A stretch of DNA of 64,000 nt from an uncultured Rivularia sp. (GCA_963665115.1 OY762007.1:480001-544000); one strand, 5' to 3'; shown: positions 21,780 to 32,625, counted from the stretch's first letter. Numbers and translations: made by a program. The notes: generated by a model from the sequence alone, not told the origin.

Positions 21780-23279
21780 CTACGAATTATCCCCCACCTC
21801 TTCCGCTTGCTGATGAATTATTTCCAATTCTTCGGGAGACATCTTATCAAGATTCCTCAATATAAAATTCATCCTTCCCTCATTCTTCAATTTATCTCGA
21901 TGTCGGTTGAGAAAATCCCAATATAAATAGTTGAAGGGACAAGCTTTTTCTCCGGTACGTTGGGAATGCTTGTAAAAACAACTTTTACAATAATCGCTCA
22001 TCTTATTAATATAGTTGGCAGATGCTGCATAAGGTTTTGATGCGAGTAAACCACCATCTGCATATTGCCCCATTCCTATAACGTTGGTTTGCATTACCCA
22101 ATCGTAAGCATCTATAAATGCTGCATGAAACCAGTTTTCTAATTCTTGCGGTGATATTCCGGCAATTAAGCCAAAGTTATTTAGTACCATCAATCTTTGA
22201 ATATGATGGGCGTAACCTGTATCCATCACCTGGGTTAATATTTGATGCAGGCAGTTCATTTTGGTTTCACCATTCCAAAAAAATTCTGGTAATGGTTTAT
22301 GATGTTCAAACCAATTCTGCTGGGAATAATCTGCATCGACATGATGATAAATCCCGTGCATATATTCTCTCCATCCCAGCACCTGACGAATGAATCCTTC
22401 GACACTATTTAATGCAAGTTGATTTTCGTAATACGCTGCTTCTGCTGCTTGAATAATTTCTAAGGGTTGTAGTAAACCAATATTAATATAGGGAGAAAGC
22501 ATAGCGTGCCACATTGTTTCCTCTCCCGTTACCATCGCATCTTGATATGGTCCAAAATCTGGTAAACGAATCTCGATAAAATATTTTAGTACTTTTAATG
22601 CTTGTTTGCGAGTTACTCCCCAACGAAATTCTTTTAAGTCTCCATAAGTTGGGATATCAAGGGAGTTAACTTGTTGAATTACTTCTTTCGTAATTTTATC
22701 AGGTTCAAACCATAAAGGCTCTGGAGTATTTAATTTACCTTTGGGTGGTTTGCGATTTTCCTTATCAAGATTCCATTTTCCCCCAACAGGGCGATCGCCT
22801 TCCATTAAAATATCAAAGCGTTTTCTTCCTTCTCTGTAAAAGTCTTCCATTAATAAACGTTTGCGATTTTTAGCCCATTGATGAAAATCTTCAGTACTCC
22901 ATAAAAATTGATTGTTGGGAAGCAGAGTTATATCGCAAGGTAATTTTAAATTTTCGATTATTTGCAGAAAAGGTTTGTCATTGGGAGACATTATTTGTAA
23001 TTCGTCAATTTGATTTTCTTTTACCCATGTAAGCAGGGGAGTTTGAAAATCTTCGGCGATTTCGTAAGTTACTGAATAACTTTGTTGACGTAATTCTTCT
23101 GCAAAATGACGCATTGCCGACCAAATTAATACTAATTTTTGTTTGTGATATTTAATTTGTTTGATGTGGGAGTAGGATTCGATGAAGATAATTTCTGCTT
23201 CTGAAGGATTGTTGCAAGTTTGTAAAGCTGATTGGGTTAAATATAGTTGATCGCCTAATATCCAGATTCCTGTTGTCAT
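21780..23279 (-). CDS. Photolyase/cryptochrome family protein (PhrB-like FeS-type)
   Basis: ILGDQL, HKQKL, FGPYQDAM, HHIQRLMV, MSDYCKSC...ACPF. Confidence 0.9.
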   Translation of the reverse strand: MTTGIWILGDQLYLTQSALQTCNNPSEAEIIFIESYSHIKQIKYHKQKLVLIWSAMRHFAEELRQQSYSVTYEIAEDFQTPLLTWVKENQIDELQIMSPNDKPFLQIIENLKLPCDITLLPNNQFLWSTEDFHQWAKNRKRLLMEDFYREGRKRFDILMEGDRPVGGKWNLDKENRKPPKGKLNTPEPLWFEPDKITKEVIQQVNSLDIPTYGDLKEFRWGVTRKQALKVLKYFIEIRLPDFGPYQDAMVTGEETMWHAMLSPYINIGLLQPLEIIQAAEAAYYENQLALNSVEGFIRQVLGWREYMHGIYHHVDADYSQQNWFEHHKPLPEFFWNGETKMNCLHQILTQVMDTGYAHHIQRLMVLNNFGLIAGISPQELENWFHAAFIDAYDWVMQTNVIGMGQYADGGLLASKPYAASANYINKMSDYCKSCFYKHSQRTGEKACPFNYLYWDFLNRHRDKLKNEGRMNFILRNLDKMSPEELEIIHQQAEEVGDNS

Positions 23280-23492
23280 GATTTGTGGTTGTAGTTTTGT
23301 TTTTTAAGTATAGGTAGGGAAGTTATACAATTTACTTTTATATTACGGATTATAAAACCGCAGAGAGCGCAGAGAGCGCTGAGGGAAGATAGTAAGAGAG
23401 AAATGGTTTGTTTTAAAGTGGGAATATTAAAAAATGAATTAAACAAAAGGTAAGAACAAGCTTTAGAATATGGTTAATGGAGGATAAAAATA

Positions 23493-24122
23493 ATGGTAAG
23501 TCTAAAAGAACTCATAGAAGAGCCAGAAGACAGTTTCGCTGACGATCCAGAGGAGCGGTTAACTGTTAGTGGTGTAAGTTGGGAGAGTTTTGAAAGACTG
23601 TTAAACAAGTTAGAAGATAATTCGCATTACCGTGTCACTTACCTAGATGAAATATTAGAAATAGTGTCCCCCTCACAAAAACATGAAACGGTTAAATCTC
23701 GTATAGGTTTTCTTTTAGAGTTTTATTTCTGTGCGAAAGGAATAAAACACATCTCAATGGGAAGCACTACCGTCAAAAATCGCTTAAAAAAAGCTGGAGC
23801 AGAACCGGATGAATGTTACTGCATAAGCGAGAAGAAGGATATACCAGATTTAGCTATAGAAGTAACTATTACCAGTGGTAGTATCAAGAAATTAGAAACT
23901 TATCGTCGTTTGGGAGTGAAGGAGGTTTGGTTGTGGAAGAACAACCAACTTAACTTATACTATCTGCGTGAAGAAACTCCGAAAGATTTTGCTGATACCT
24001 ACGGATACGAAAAAATACAATCCTCGATTATTGTCCCCGAACTAAATATTGACTTTTATACTGAATGCATTTTAATCCCAGATCAAGTAGAAGCATGGAC
24101 TCGTTTTCAACAAGGAATATAG
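23493..24122 (+). CDS. Uma2 family endonuclease
   Basis: LEIVSP...HE, EPDECY, PDLAIEV, KL..Y..LGVKEVW. Confidence 0.93.
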   Translation: MVSLKELIEEPEDSFADDPEERLTVSGVSWESFERLLNKLEDNSHYRVTYLDEILEIVSPSQKHETVKSRIGFLLEFYFCAKGIKHISMGSTTVKNRLKKAGAEPDECYCISEKKDIPDLAIEVTITSGSIKKLETYRRLGVKEVWLWKNNQLNLYYLREETPKDFADTYGYEKIQSSIIVPELNIDFYTECILIPDQVEAWTRFQQGI

Positions 24123-24493
24123 TGACGTAAAATTTTACTTGTCTACAACCAGTCTTCACAATCGCCTAAGAATTTATTCTCAGGCTAATAAACAAAGTTG
24201 TCTAAAGACGACTGGAAAATACTTTTAGTTGACATTAGTTGTGGCTGTATATTTGCTGTATGTATAAATTTTTATAAATAGTTGATTTTTTAGTTCTATT
24301 TTAAATATTTATAACTTTATCAAAGTGATTCATTGACTTCGATGTTATTCTTTCTATCAATTTGTTAGTTTTATTTATTTGAAGAGCATTTCAGTTAAAA
24401 AAGTTTACAAATCGCTCTTATGAAATTACTTAATCTCAAGCTGTAATTTAGATAATGCGTATTTATCATTAATTATTTATCTACCCATATAGC

Positions 24494-26557
24494 ATGAATC
24501 AGTATTCTTTAATTGGAAAAAAACTGCGCGATCGCTACCAAATTCTCGAAAAGATAGGAGAGGGGGGATTTGGAGATACTTATCGAGCGATTGATTTCGA
24601 TTTACCAGGGGAGCCGGTATGTGTCGCTAAACATTTTAAGCCCAAGAATCCCCATCCTGCGGTATTAGAAATTGCGAAGGATAAGTTTAACCAAGAGGCA
24701 CAAACTTTATATCGGTTGGGTAATGCTAACAAGCAAATCCCCAGTTTATTTGCTCATTTTGAAGAAAATGGGCAATTTTATTTGGTTCAGGAATTTGTTG
24801 ATGGGTATGACTTAACGAAAGAAGTTCTTTCAGGTAATCCCAAAAAAGAGCAAGAGGTATTGCAACTTTTAAAGGAAATTTTGGAGGTGTTGGCGTTTGT
24901 ACATCAGCAAAACGTTATCCACCGGGATATTAAACCGCAGAATATTATGCGCCGCAAAGATGGCAAGATAGTCTTGATTGATTTTGGGGCTGTTAAGGAA
25001 ATTGCTGGTTTAGGTGTCAATCCCCAAGAAATTTCTCAAACTGTTGCAATCGGAACTCCCGGTTATATGCCTCGCGAACAACAATCTGGTTATCCCAATT
25101 TCAGCAGCGATATCTATGCAGTAGGAATTATTGGTTTTCAGGCTTTAACTGGTTTATATAGAAATCCGCTAGAGCTACCGCAAGATTATCATACCAAAGA
25201 GTTGTATTGTGCTTTGTTCCCATGCGAGGTTAGCCCAGCTTTTGCGGAGATATTAGACAAAATGGTGCGTTATGACAATCTTCAGCGTTACAAAAATGCT
25301 GCTGTTGCCCTAGAAGCCGTAAATAATTTACTAAATTTAGAACAGACAACAACGGTAGTTGTACCGTCACCAAACTTAAACACAACTGTACAGGAAAATC
25401 GAAATTATATAAGAAGCAATACTTCCATTCAAACAGAACCTTCTTTGTTTCAGAAAATTATCGGATTTTTCCGGGATTTATTGAGCGATGAACCGGAATT
25501 TCCACCAACTGTTGTCTCCAATCCTACTGTTAATAGTAATAGTTATGAGCAACCGGAAGGACAAGTAAGCCTTGATTCTGCTTTTTATATCGCACGCCCA
25601 CCGATTGAAAATGACTGTTATGAAACGATTTTACAACCGGGGGCGTTGATTCGCATCAAAGCACCGCGTCAAATGGGGAAAACTTCTCTGTTGTCGCGGA
25701 CTTTGGATTATGCCAAAAAGCAAGGTTGCCAAGCTGCATATTTAAATTTGCAATCCGCTGATGCAGAGTTTCTCGATAGCTTAGATAAATTCTTGCAGTG
25801 GTTTTGCGGTAGCATTGCCCAAGAGCTTACCTTGAAGGATAAATTAGCCGAACATTGGCAGGGTGTGCTGGGTAGTAAAAATAAGTGTACGAATTACTTT
25901 CAAAGATATTTGCTATCAGAAATTAAAAGCCCGGTGGTTTTGGGCTTGGATGAAGTAGACCAAATTTTTCAGCATCCGCAAGTAGCAGCAGAATTTTTCG
26001 GTTTGTTGCGAGCTTGGCACGAAAAGTCCAAGAATCAAGCAACTTGGCAAAAATTAAGATTGGCGATCGCCCATTCCAAGGAAGTTTACATCCCCTTAAA
26101 TATCAATCAGTCGCCGTTTAATGTCGGCTTACCTATTGAGTTACCGGAGTTTAACCAGTCGCAGGTTAAGGATTTAGTACAAAGATATCATTTGGATTGG
26201 GGAGAGGAAGAAATTAAGCAACTGATGGCAATGGTAGGTGGACATCCTTATTTAGTGCGGAAGTCGTTGTATGAAATTGCCCGCGACAGAATTAGCTTGT
26301 CACAGTTTTTACAGATTGCGCCCACGGAACAAGGAATGTTTAGCGACCATTTGCGCCGTCATTTGTCGAATTTAAGGGAGGATGACGGGTTAGTATCAGC
26401 GATGAAATAAGTAATTACCGAAAACAATCCCGTAAGGTTAGATACGAATTCGGGCTTTAAATTACGCAGTATGGGCTTGGTGAGGTTTCAAGGAAATGAT
26501 GTCATACCTTTGTGCGATTTGTATCGTTTGTATTTCCAGGAGCATTTAAAAGGCTGA
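24494..26557 (+). CDS. Ser/Thr kinase - AAA_35 domain protein with an in-frame TAA at 26408-26410
   Basis: GEGGFG, HRDIKPQN, DFG; PRQMGKTS, LGLDEVD. The frame continues after the stop as VITENN...FKLRSMGLVRFQGNDVIPLCDLYRLYF to 26557. Confidence 0.85.
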
Positions 26558-26568
26558 TGAGTGGAATT

Positions 26569-26595
26569 GTAGAGACGTAGCATTGCTACGTCTCT
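26569..26595. repeat. REP-like palindrome (GTAG-AGACGTAGC...GCTACGTCTCT), second copy near 32591-32617
   Basis: GTAG-initiated hairpin with an inverted near-identical copy. Confidence 0.75.
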
Positions 26596-26692
26596 CCGGA
26601 TTTAGGCCATAAACGAACCAATCAAAAATCCGAAATCCCGCGAAGACAATTAGTAGTTAAAATCCCACATAACAATCTCTAAAAAAGATGCC

Positions 26693-29600
26693 ATGAGTCA
26701 AACAAGTTTACCTTCATACCAATATCAAGTAGGGGGAAGTCTACCAACTAACGCTCTTACCTATGTGAAAAGAAAGGCTGATGATGAATTATATCAAGCT
26801 TTGAAAAATGGTGAGTTCTGCTATGTGTTGAACTCCCGACAAATGGGAAAATCAAGTTTGCGGGTGCAAACTATGCAACGTTTGCAGGATGAAGGTTTTG
26901 CCTGTGTGGCGATTGATATTACAAATATTGGTACGGCGGATATTACTTTAGAACAATGGTATGCGGGAATAATTGATAGTGTTATTAATAGTTTGGAGCT
27001 TTACGATAACTTTGATTTAAATGATTGGTGGATGCAGCAAGGTTTGCTGTCTCCGGTGAATAAGTTAAGTAAGTTTTTTGAATCGGTTTTATTAAAATTA
27101 ATTTCACAGAAGATTGTAATTTTTATCGATGAAATTGATAGTGTTTTAAGTTTAAATTTCCCCGTTGATGATTTTTTCGCTTTGATTCGGGAATGTTATA
27201 ACAGTCGCGCTTCTCAACCAGATTATCAACGGTTGACTTTTGCTTTGTTGGGGGTGACGACTCCCAGCGATTTAATTCAAGATAAGCGCCGCACCCCGTT
27301 TAATATTGGTAGAGCGATTGAATTGACTGGTTTTGAGTTGGCAGAAGCGGAACCATTAGCGCAAGGTTTAGCGAAGAAAACTAGTCAGGCGATCGCCGTG
27401 ATGGATGCGGTATTGTATTGGACTGGGGGACAACCTTTTCTCACCCAAAAGCTGTGTAAGTTGATTTTGAATCATCATGGTGTGATTCCGGAGGATGGAA
27501 TTAACGAATGGGTAGGGCATTTGGTGCAATCTGGGGTAATTGATAACTGGGAAGCACAAGATGAACCGGAGCATTTAAGGACGATTCGGGACAGGATTTT
27601 ACGGGGTGGTGGACAATTGACGGTAAGGTTATTGGCGATATATAAAGAAGTACTTGAAGGGGAAAACCTCTCTCCTACAAGCACAGAGGCTTTAGATGTT
27701 CCCCCTTCCCTTGCAGGGAAGGGGGTTAGGGGGTTAGGTCAGAGTGTGCGAACTGCCGATACACCCGAACAAGTGTATTTACGGTTGTCGGGATTGGTGG
27801 TAGAGCAGCAGGGGAATCTCAGAGTTTATAACCACATTTATGAATCGATTTTTAATTTAAATTGGGTCGATCAAGAATTAAAAAACCTCCGTCCCGATTT
27901 TTATGCTACAGCTTTCGAGGCTTGGGTTGAGTCCGATTATGAAGATAATTCGCATTTATTGCGGGGACAACAACTTGGTGATGCTTTAGCATGGGCGGAA
28001 GGAAGAAGTTTAAGCAATCAAGATTATCGGTTTATTACAGCCAGTCAAAAATGGGAATTTGAGCAAGCACAGCAAGCAACAACACAGGCACTCAAAGAAG
28101 CGGAGGAAGCACGGGAAGCGACGAAGTTAGAAAGATTGGGAAATTTAGCCTTGCGGCAGTTTGAATACAACCCAACACCACAGGTAGTAGCAACAGCTAT
28201 GGAAGCCGGAACAAGGCTAAAAGCACTAGTAAAAGATGGACGACCTTTAGAAAAATACCCCACCACTAGTCCTGTGTTGGCTTTAAATACTGTTCTTGAT
28301 ATCCCCAAACGTAAAACGCTCAGAGGGCATGAGGGTGGAGTTATCCATGCCGACTTTAGCCCCAGCGGACAGCGGATTGTGACTTTCTTAGCATTTGTGT
28401 TAGGTAAAACTAAAGATGATACCGCTTTTAGCTCTAACAGACAGCGGATTGTCACTGCATCTGCGGACGGAACAGCAAAAGTGTGGGACATCAATGGTCA
28501 ACTGCTGCAAACACTCAAGGGGCATCAAGGTTCTGTCAGATATGCCGCCTTTAGCCCCGACGGCAAGCGGATTGTCACTGCATCTGCGGACGGAACAGCA
28601 AAAGTGTGGGACATCAATGGTCAACTGCTGCAAACACTAAAGGGGCATCAGAGTTCGGTCGGAAATGCTGCCTTTAGCCCCGACGGCAAGCGGATTGTGA
28701 CCGCATCTAGGGACAAAACAGCGAAAGTGTGGAACATTAACGGTCAACTGCTGCAAACATTCAAGGGGCATCAGAGTTCGGTCAAACATACCGCCTTTAA
28801 TTGGGTTCATGCCGCCTTTAGCCCTGACGGACAGCGGATTGTCACTGCATCTATGGACGGAACAGCGAAGGTGTGGAACATCAACGGTAAACTATTGCAA
28901 ACCCTCAAGGGACATCAGGATTTTGTCTCCCATGCTGTTTTTAGTCCCGATGGACAACGGATTATCACTTCATCTGCGGACGGAACAGCGAAGGTGTGGA
29001 ACATCAACGGTAAACTATTGCAAACCCTCAAGGGGGGGCATCAGAGTTGGGTTTATGCCGCCTTTAGCCCCGACGGCAAACGTATTATCACTGCATCCAG
29101 TGATAAAACAGCAAAGGTGTGGGACATCAATGGTCAACTGCTGCAAACCCTCAGTGGGCATCAACGTTCTGTCCACGATGCGGCTTTTAGCCCCGACGGA
29201 CATAGGATTGTGACTGCATCTGCGGACGGAACAGCAAAAGTGTGGGACATTAATGGTCAACTATTGCAAACACTCAGTGGACATCAAGATGAAGTCAAAT
29301 ATGCCGCCTTTAGTCCCGATGGCAAGCAGATTGTGACTGCATCTACGGACGGAACAGCAAAAGTGTGGGAAATCAACAGTGAACTGCTGCCAACCCTTAA
29401 TGGGCATCAGAGTTGGGTCAATCATGCCGCCTTTAGCTCCGACGGCAAGCGGATTGTTACTGCATCAAGTGATAATACAGCAAAGGTGTGGGACATCAAC
29501 GGTCAACTGTTACAAACCCTCAACGGGCATCAGTCTGGGATCAGATATGCCGCCTTTAGCCCCGATGGACAGCGGATTCTCACTGCATCAGATGATAAAA

Positions 29601-30523
29601 CAGCAAAGGTGTGGGACATCAACGGTCAACTGTTGCAAACCCTCAACGGGCATCAGAGTTGGGTTTGGGATGCCGCCTTTAGCCCCGACGGACATAGGAT
29701 TGTGACTGCATCTACGGACGGAACAGCAAAAGTATGGGACATCAACGGTCAATTGCTGCAAACACTCAAGGGGCTTCAAGGTTCTGTCAGATATGCCGCC
29801 TTTAGCCCCGACGGACAGCGGATTATTACTGTTATATTCAACGAGTACATTATTAGCGAAGGAAGTATCACGATTTTCAAGATTGACCATAATACAGCGC
29901 AAGTATGGGATATCAATGGTCAACTGCTGCAAACCCTCAACGGGCATGAAGTTGAAGTCTACCATGCCGCTTTTAACCCCGACAGCAAGCGGATTGTCAC
30001 TGCATCTAAGGACGGAACAGCAAAAGTGTGGGACATTAACGGTCAACTGTTGCAAACCCTCAAAGGGCATCAGTATGATGTCAGATATGCCGCCTTTAGT
30101 CCCGATGGACAGCGGATTCTCACTGCATCAGATGATAAAACAGCAAAGGTGTGGGACATTAACGGTCAATTACTACAAACACTCTATGGGCATCAGAATT
30201 CGGTTGGATATGCCGCCTTTAGCCCCGATGGCAAGCGGATTGTAACTACATCAAGTGATAATACAGCAAAGGTGTGGGACATCAACGGTCAACTGCTGCA
30301 AACCCTTAAGGGACATCAGAGTTCTGTCTGCCATGCGGCTTTTAGCCCCGACGGCAAGCGGATTGTCACTGCATCAATTGATAATACAGCGAAAGTCTGG
30401 CAGTTGGAAAGTTTAGATAAATTGCTGGCGCGAGGGTGCGATTTGTTGGAGGATTATTTCGTTGATAATCCGGAGGCTAGGGAGAGAACGGGATGCGCTC
30501 AGAAGTTAGGAGTTGGGAGTTAG
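26693..30523 (+). CDS. AAA_35 domain - WD40 repeat protein
   Basis: YQVGGSL, SRQMGKSS, IFIDEID, and about 15-16 near-identical WD40 repeats (GH..V..AAFSPDG.RIVTAS.D.TAKVWD). Confidence 0.93.
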   Translation: MSQTSLPSYQYQVGGSLPTNALTYVKRKADDELYQALKNGEFCYVLNSRQMGKSSLRVQTMQRLQDEGFACVAIDITNIGTADITLEQWYAGIIDSVINSLELYDNFDLNDWWMQQGLLSPVNKLSKFFESVLLKLISQKIVIFIDEIDSVLSLNFPVDDFFALIRECYNSRASQPDYQRLTFALLGVTTPSDLIQDKRRTPFNIGRAIELTGFELAEAEPLAQGLAKKTSQAIAVMDAVLYWTGGQPFLTQKLCKLILNHHGVIPEDGINEWVGHLVQSGVIDNWEAQDEPEHLRTIRDRILRGGGQLTVRLLAIYKEVLEGENLSPTSTEALDVPPSLAGKGVRGLGQSVRTADTPEQVYLRLSGLVVEQQGNLRVYNHIYESIFNLNWVDQELKNLRPDFYATAFEAWVESDYEDNSHLLRGQQLGDALAWAEGRSLSNQDYRFITASQKWEFEQAQQATTQALKEAEEAREATKLERLGNLALRQFEYNPTPQVVATAMEAGTRLKALVKDGRPLEKYPTTSPVLALNTVLDIPKRKTLRGHEGGVIHADFSPSGQRIVTFLAFVLGKTKDDTAFSSNRQRIVTASADGTAKVWDINGQLLQTLKGHQGSVRYAAFSPDGKRIVTASADGTAKVWDINGQLLQTLKGHQSSVGNAAFSPDGKRIVTASRDKTAKVWNINGQLLQTFKGHQSSVKHTAFNWVHAAFSPDGQRIVTASMDGTAKVWNINGKLLQTLKGHQDFVSHAVFSPDGQRIITSSADGTAKVWNINGKLLQTLKGGHQSWVYAAFSPDGKRIITASSDKTAKVWDINGQLLQTLSGHQRSVHDAAFSPDGHRIVTASADGTAKVWDINGQLLQTLSGHQDEVKYAAFSPDGKQIVTASTDGTAKVWEINSELLPTLNGHQSWVNHAAFSSDGKRIVTASSDNTAKVWDINGQLLQTLNGHQSGIRYAAFSPDGQRILTASDDKTAKVWDINGQLLQTLNGHQSWVWDAAFSPDGHRIVTASTDGTAKVWDINGQLLQTLKGLQGSVRYAAFSPDGQRIITVIFNEYIISEGSITIFKIDHNTAQVWDINGQLLQTLNGHEVEVYHAAFNPDSKRIVTASKDGTAKVWDINGQLLQTLKGHQYDVRYAAFSPDGQRILTASDDKTAKVWDINGQLLQTLYGHQNSVGYAAFSPDGKRIVTTSSDNTAKVWDINGQLLQTLKGHQSSVCHAAFSPDGKRIVTASIDNTAKVWQLESLDKLLARGCDLLEDYFVDNPEARERTGCAQKLGVGS

Positions 30524-30584
30524 GAAATTAAAATAAATAATTGCTAGAGTAAAGCTACTTTTATTAAGTAAGAACGGATAACTA

Positions 30585-30842
30585 ATTAATATCTAACTCA
30601 AACCCGAACATCAGCAATTTATCCAAGCACAAATGGCTAGCGGTAGATTTACTAATGCAGATGATGTTATCGATGAAGCATTTAAGTTGCTAGAAGAAAG
30701 AGAAAGAAGGTTAGAGGAATTACGTCAGAAAATTGCTGTTGGAACCCGAGAGATTGAACAAGGACGAGTTACGGATGGTGAGGTAGTTTTTGCACGGTTG
30801 CAAGAAAAAATACGGAAGATTGCCGAGGAATCGGAAGGATGA
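30585..30842 (+). pseudogene. parD: ParD-family antitoxin with a damaged N-terminus
   Basis: SGRF.NADDVIDEAFKLLEER. The upstream in-frame sequence reads ATT AAT ATC TAA CTC AAA CCC GAA (I N I * L K P E), consistent with a lost start and a stop. Confidence 0.7.
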
Positions 30843-31112
30843 GCAATTCAAGATTTAGATGATATATGTGAATATATCGCTCGTCGTAATTCTAAAGCTG
30901 CTAGCAAGCTTTTTGATGATATACGTAAAAAGTGTAAGTTAATCGCTGATTTTCCGAGCATGGGGAAAAGTTATGAAAGACTAGTACCAACTTTACGCGG
31001 ATTTATTGTAGATGATTATATTGTATTTTATTATCCGAAAGAAGATGGAATTAATGTGACTCGTGTATTAAGCGGTTTTAGAGATTTGGAATCATTATTT
31101 TCTGATGAGTGA
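30839..31112 (+). pseudogene. parE: ParE/RelE-family toxin, start out of frame
   Basis: ATG overlaps the parD stop. The shifted frame reads AIQDLDDICEYIA...FPSMGK...LRGFIVDDYIVFY...VTRVLSGFRDLESLF. Confidence 0.8.
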
Positions 31113-31262
31113 TTATAAAATCTCTATGACTAAAGTCATGAGTAAAAACATGATTTTATCCATATATATATGATGAGTATTCATGACTTTCTCTTCATGT
31201 GTATGTCGCAGTTTGCTTTTTATGATGGTAGATATCAAAGCCAATAAACCGAAATATTTATC

Positions 31263-31772
31263 ATGTTGAATTTACAATCTACATCTGCTGTAAAAACTCC
31301 AAATATTCAAAGCTTTTTTACTTTTATTGATAATTTTGCTGAATCTAGGGGTGCTAGCGTACCTCAAATTATAGAGATAGAAAAATTACGTTCTTTTCCT
31401 AAAGGAAGTTTTGGTAAAGCTTGGGCTGATTTTCTGCTCGGAAATAATTTACAACCTTTAACTACTGGTTTTCGTCGCAAACAATTACATGATGGGATTC
31501 ATGTTTTAACTGGTTATGACAGTAGCCCAATTGGTGAAGCTGAATTACAAGCTTTCTTATTAGGAGCAAAGTTTGGTTTGCTTAATTTACTTATAGGTGT
31601 TGGATTACTAAGAGTGATTCGTAAACGCTTACCAAATCAAACTCAAGTTAAAGAAAAAATTTGGAAAGCTTATCAACGTGGCAAAAGTTGTAATTTCAAT
31701 CCAGATACATGGGAACCGGAGTTACTTTGGGATTTACCTTTGGAGGAAGTGAAGGCTATGTTTTGCGTTTAA
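31263..31772 (+). CDS. Coq4 family protein
   Basis: L..FPKGSFG, HDGIHVLTGY, GEAELQAF. Confidence 0.8.
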   Translation: MLNLQSTSAVKTPNIQSFFTFIDNFAESRGASVPQIIEIEKLRSFPKGSFGKAWADFLLGNNLQPLTTGFRRKQLHDGIHVLTGYDSSPIGEAELQAFLLGAKFGLLNLLIGVGLLRVIRKRLPNQTQVKEKIWKAYQRGKSCNFNPDTWEPELLWDLPLEEVKAMFCV

Positions 31773-31801
31773 TTTGATTAACTAATTAAAAAAATAAATT
31801 A

Positions 31802-32230
31802 TTAATTGCTGACAAACCAATTTTCAATTTGCAATTCGCTAAAATTAGCAAAATCTGATACATTATTGGTCACAAGAATCAAGTCATTAACTTTGGCAAT
31901 CGCAGCAATTTGACTATCTGCAAATGATGGTGTTTTACCAATTTTCATTAAACGCGCTCTTTCCGTAGCGTGCCATTTTGCAGCCTTAGCATCATAGCTA
32001 ATCAGAGGTATATTCGGTTCTATTACTTCTTTAATATATCTTTCTATCGTCTGACGTTTTTTAGATTCTGGAAGACGGTAACAACCAAAAAGTAATTCAT
32101 GATAGACAATGCTAGTTGTGACAACTTCACTTTCATGTTGCCGCAACATTTCCATTATATTTGGATTAGGAATTGGTCGTAATGGTTCAGAAATAATATT
32201 AGTATCTAGTAGAAACTGCCAACTCACCAA
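31802..32230 (-). CDS. vapC: VapC PIN-domain toxin
   Basis: LLDTNIISE, HEL.FG, FADSQIAAIA, LVTNN.SDF. Confidence 0.92.
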   Translation of the reverse strand: MVSWQFLLDTNIISEPLRPIPNPNIMEMLRQHESEVVTTSIVYHELLFGCYRLPESKKRQTIERYIKEVIEPNIPLISYDAKAAKWHATERARLMKIGKTPSFADSQIAAIAKVNDLILVTNNVSDFANFSELQIENWFVSN

Positions 32231-32472
32231 ATTACCTCTCTTCCGGGTGAATCATCTCGTACATCAGCAAAAAGTTCTGGTTCAATTCCTGCTGTTTCTA
32301 AATCTTCTTCCTGGCGGAATTTTTGTAGATTATCCCAAAATTTCGCTTTACTGTTGACTATTTGTGTAGACTCTTCATAAGTCGTATAAATTATAATTTC
32401 TTGTCCATCTGGAATATCTATTTCCTGAGATATTTCTATAGTTTTTCCACGTTTGATGCCTTTAATTTTCAT
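32224..32472 (-). CDS. Putative antitoxin of the VapC toxin
   Basis: Small ORF overlapping the vapC start; KIKGIKRGKTIE N-terminus, VRD.SPGREV C-terminus. Confidence 0.75.
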   Translation of the reverse strand: MKIKGIKRGKTIEISQEIDIPDGQEIIIYTTYEESTQIVNSKAKFWDNLQKFRQEEDLETAGIEPELFADVRDDSPGREVIW

Positions 32473-32625
32473 TGGTTTTAGATATTATATTTTTAATTGC
32501 GCTTACATTTTAAATTTTATCTTTTTTTCCATTATCTGAAATTACACTTTTTTAGTCTTATTTATCTTGCTGGTTGGATTTCTAATTGCTGGAGACGTAG
32601 CACTGCTACGTCTCTACATACAAAA

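Noticed and set aside
28045..30245. Multiple short ORFs and a possible CRISPR-like or DGR repeat
   Set aside because: Shadows of coding WD40 repeats; no spacers, cas genes or reverse transcriptase
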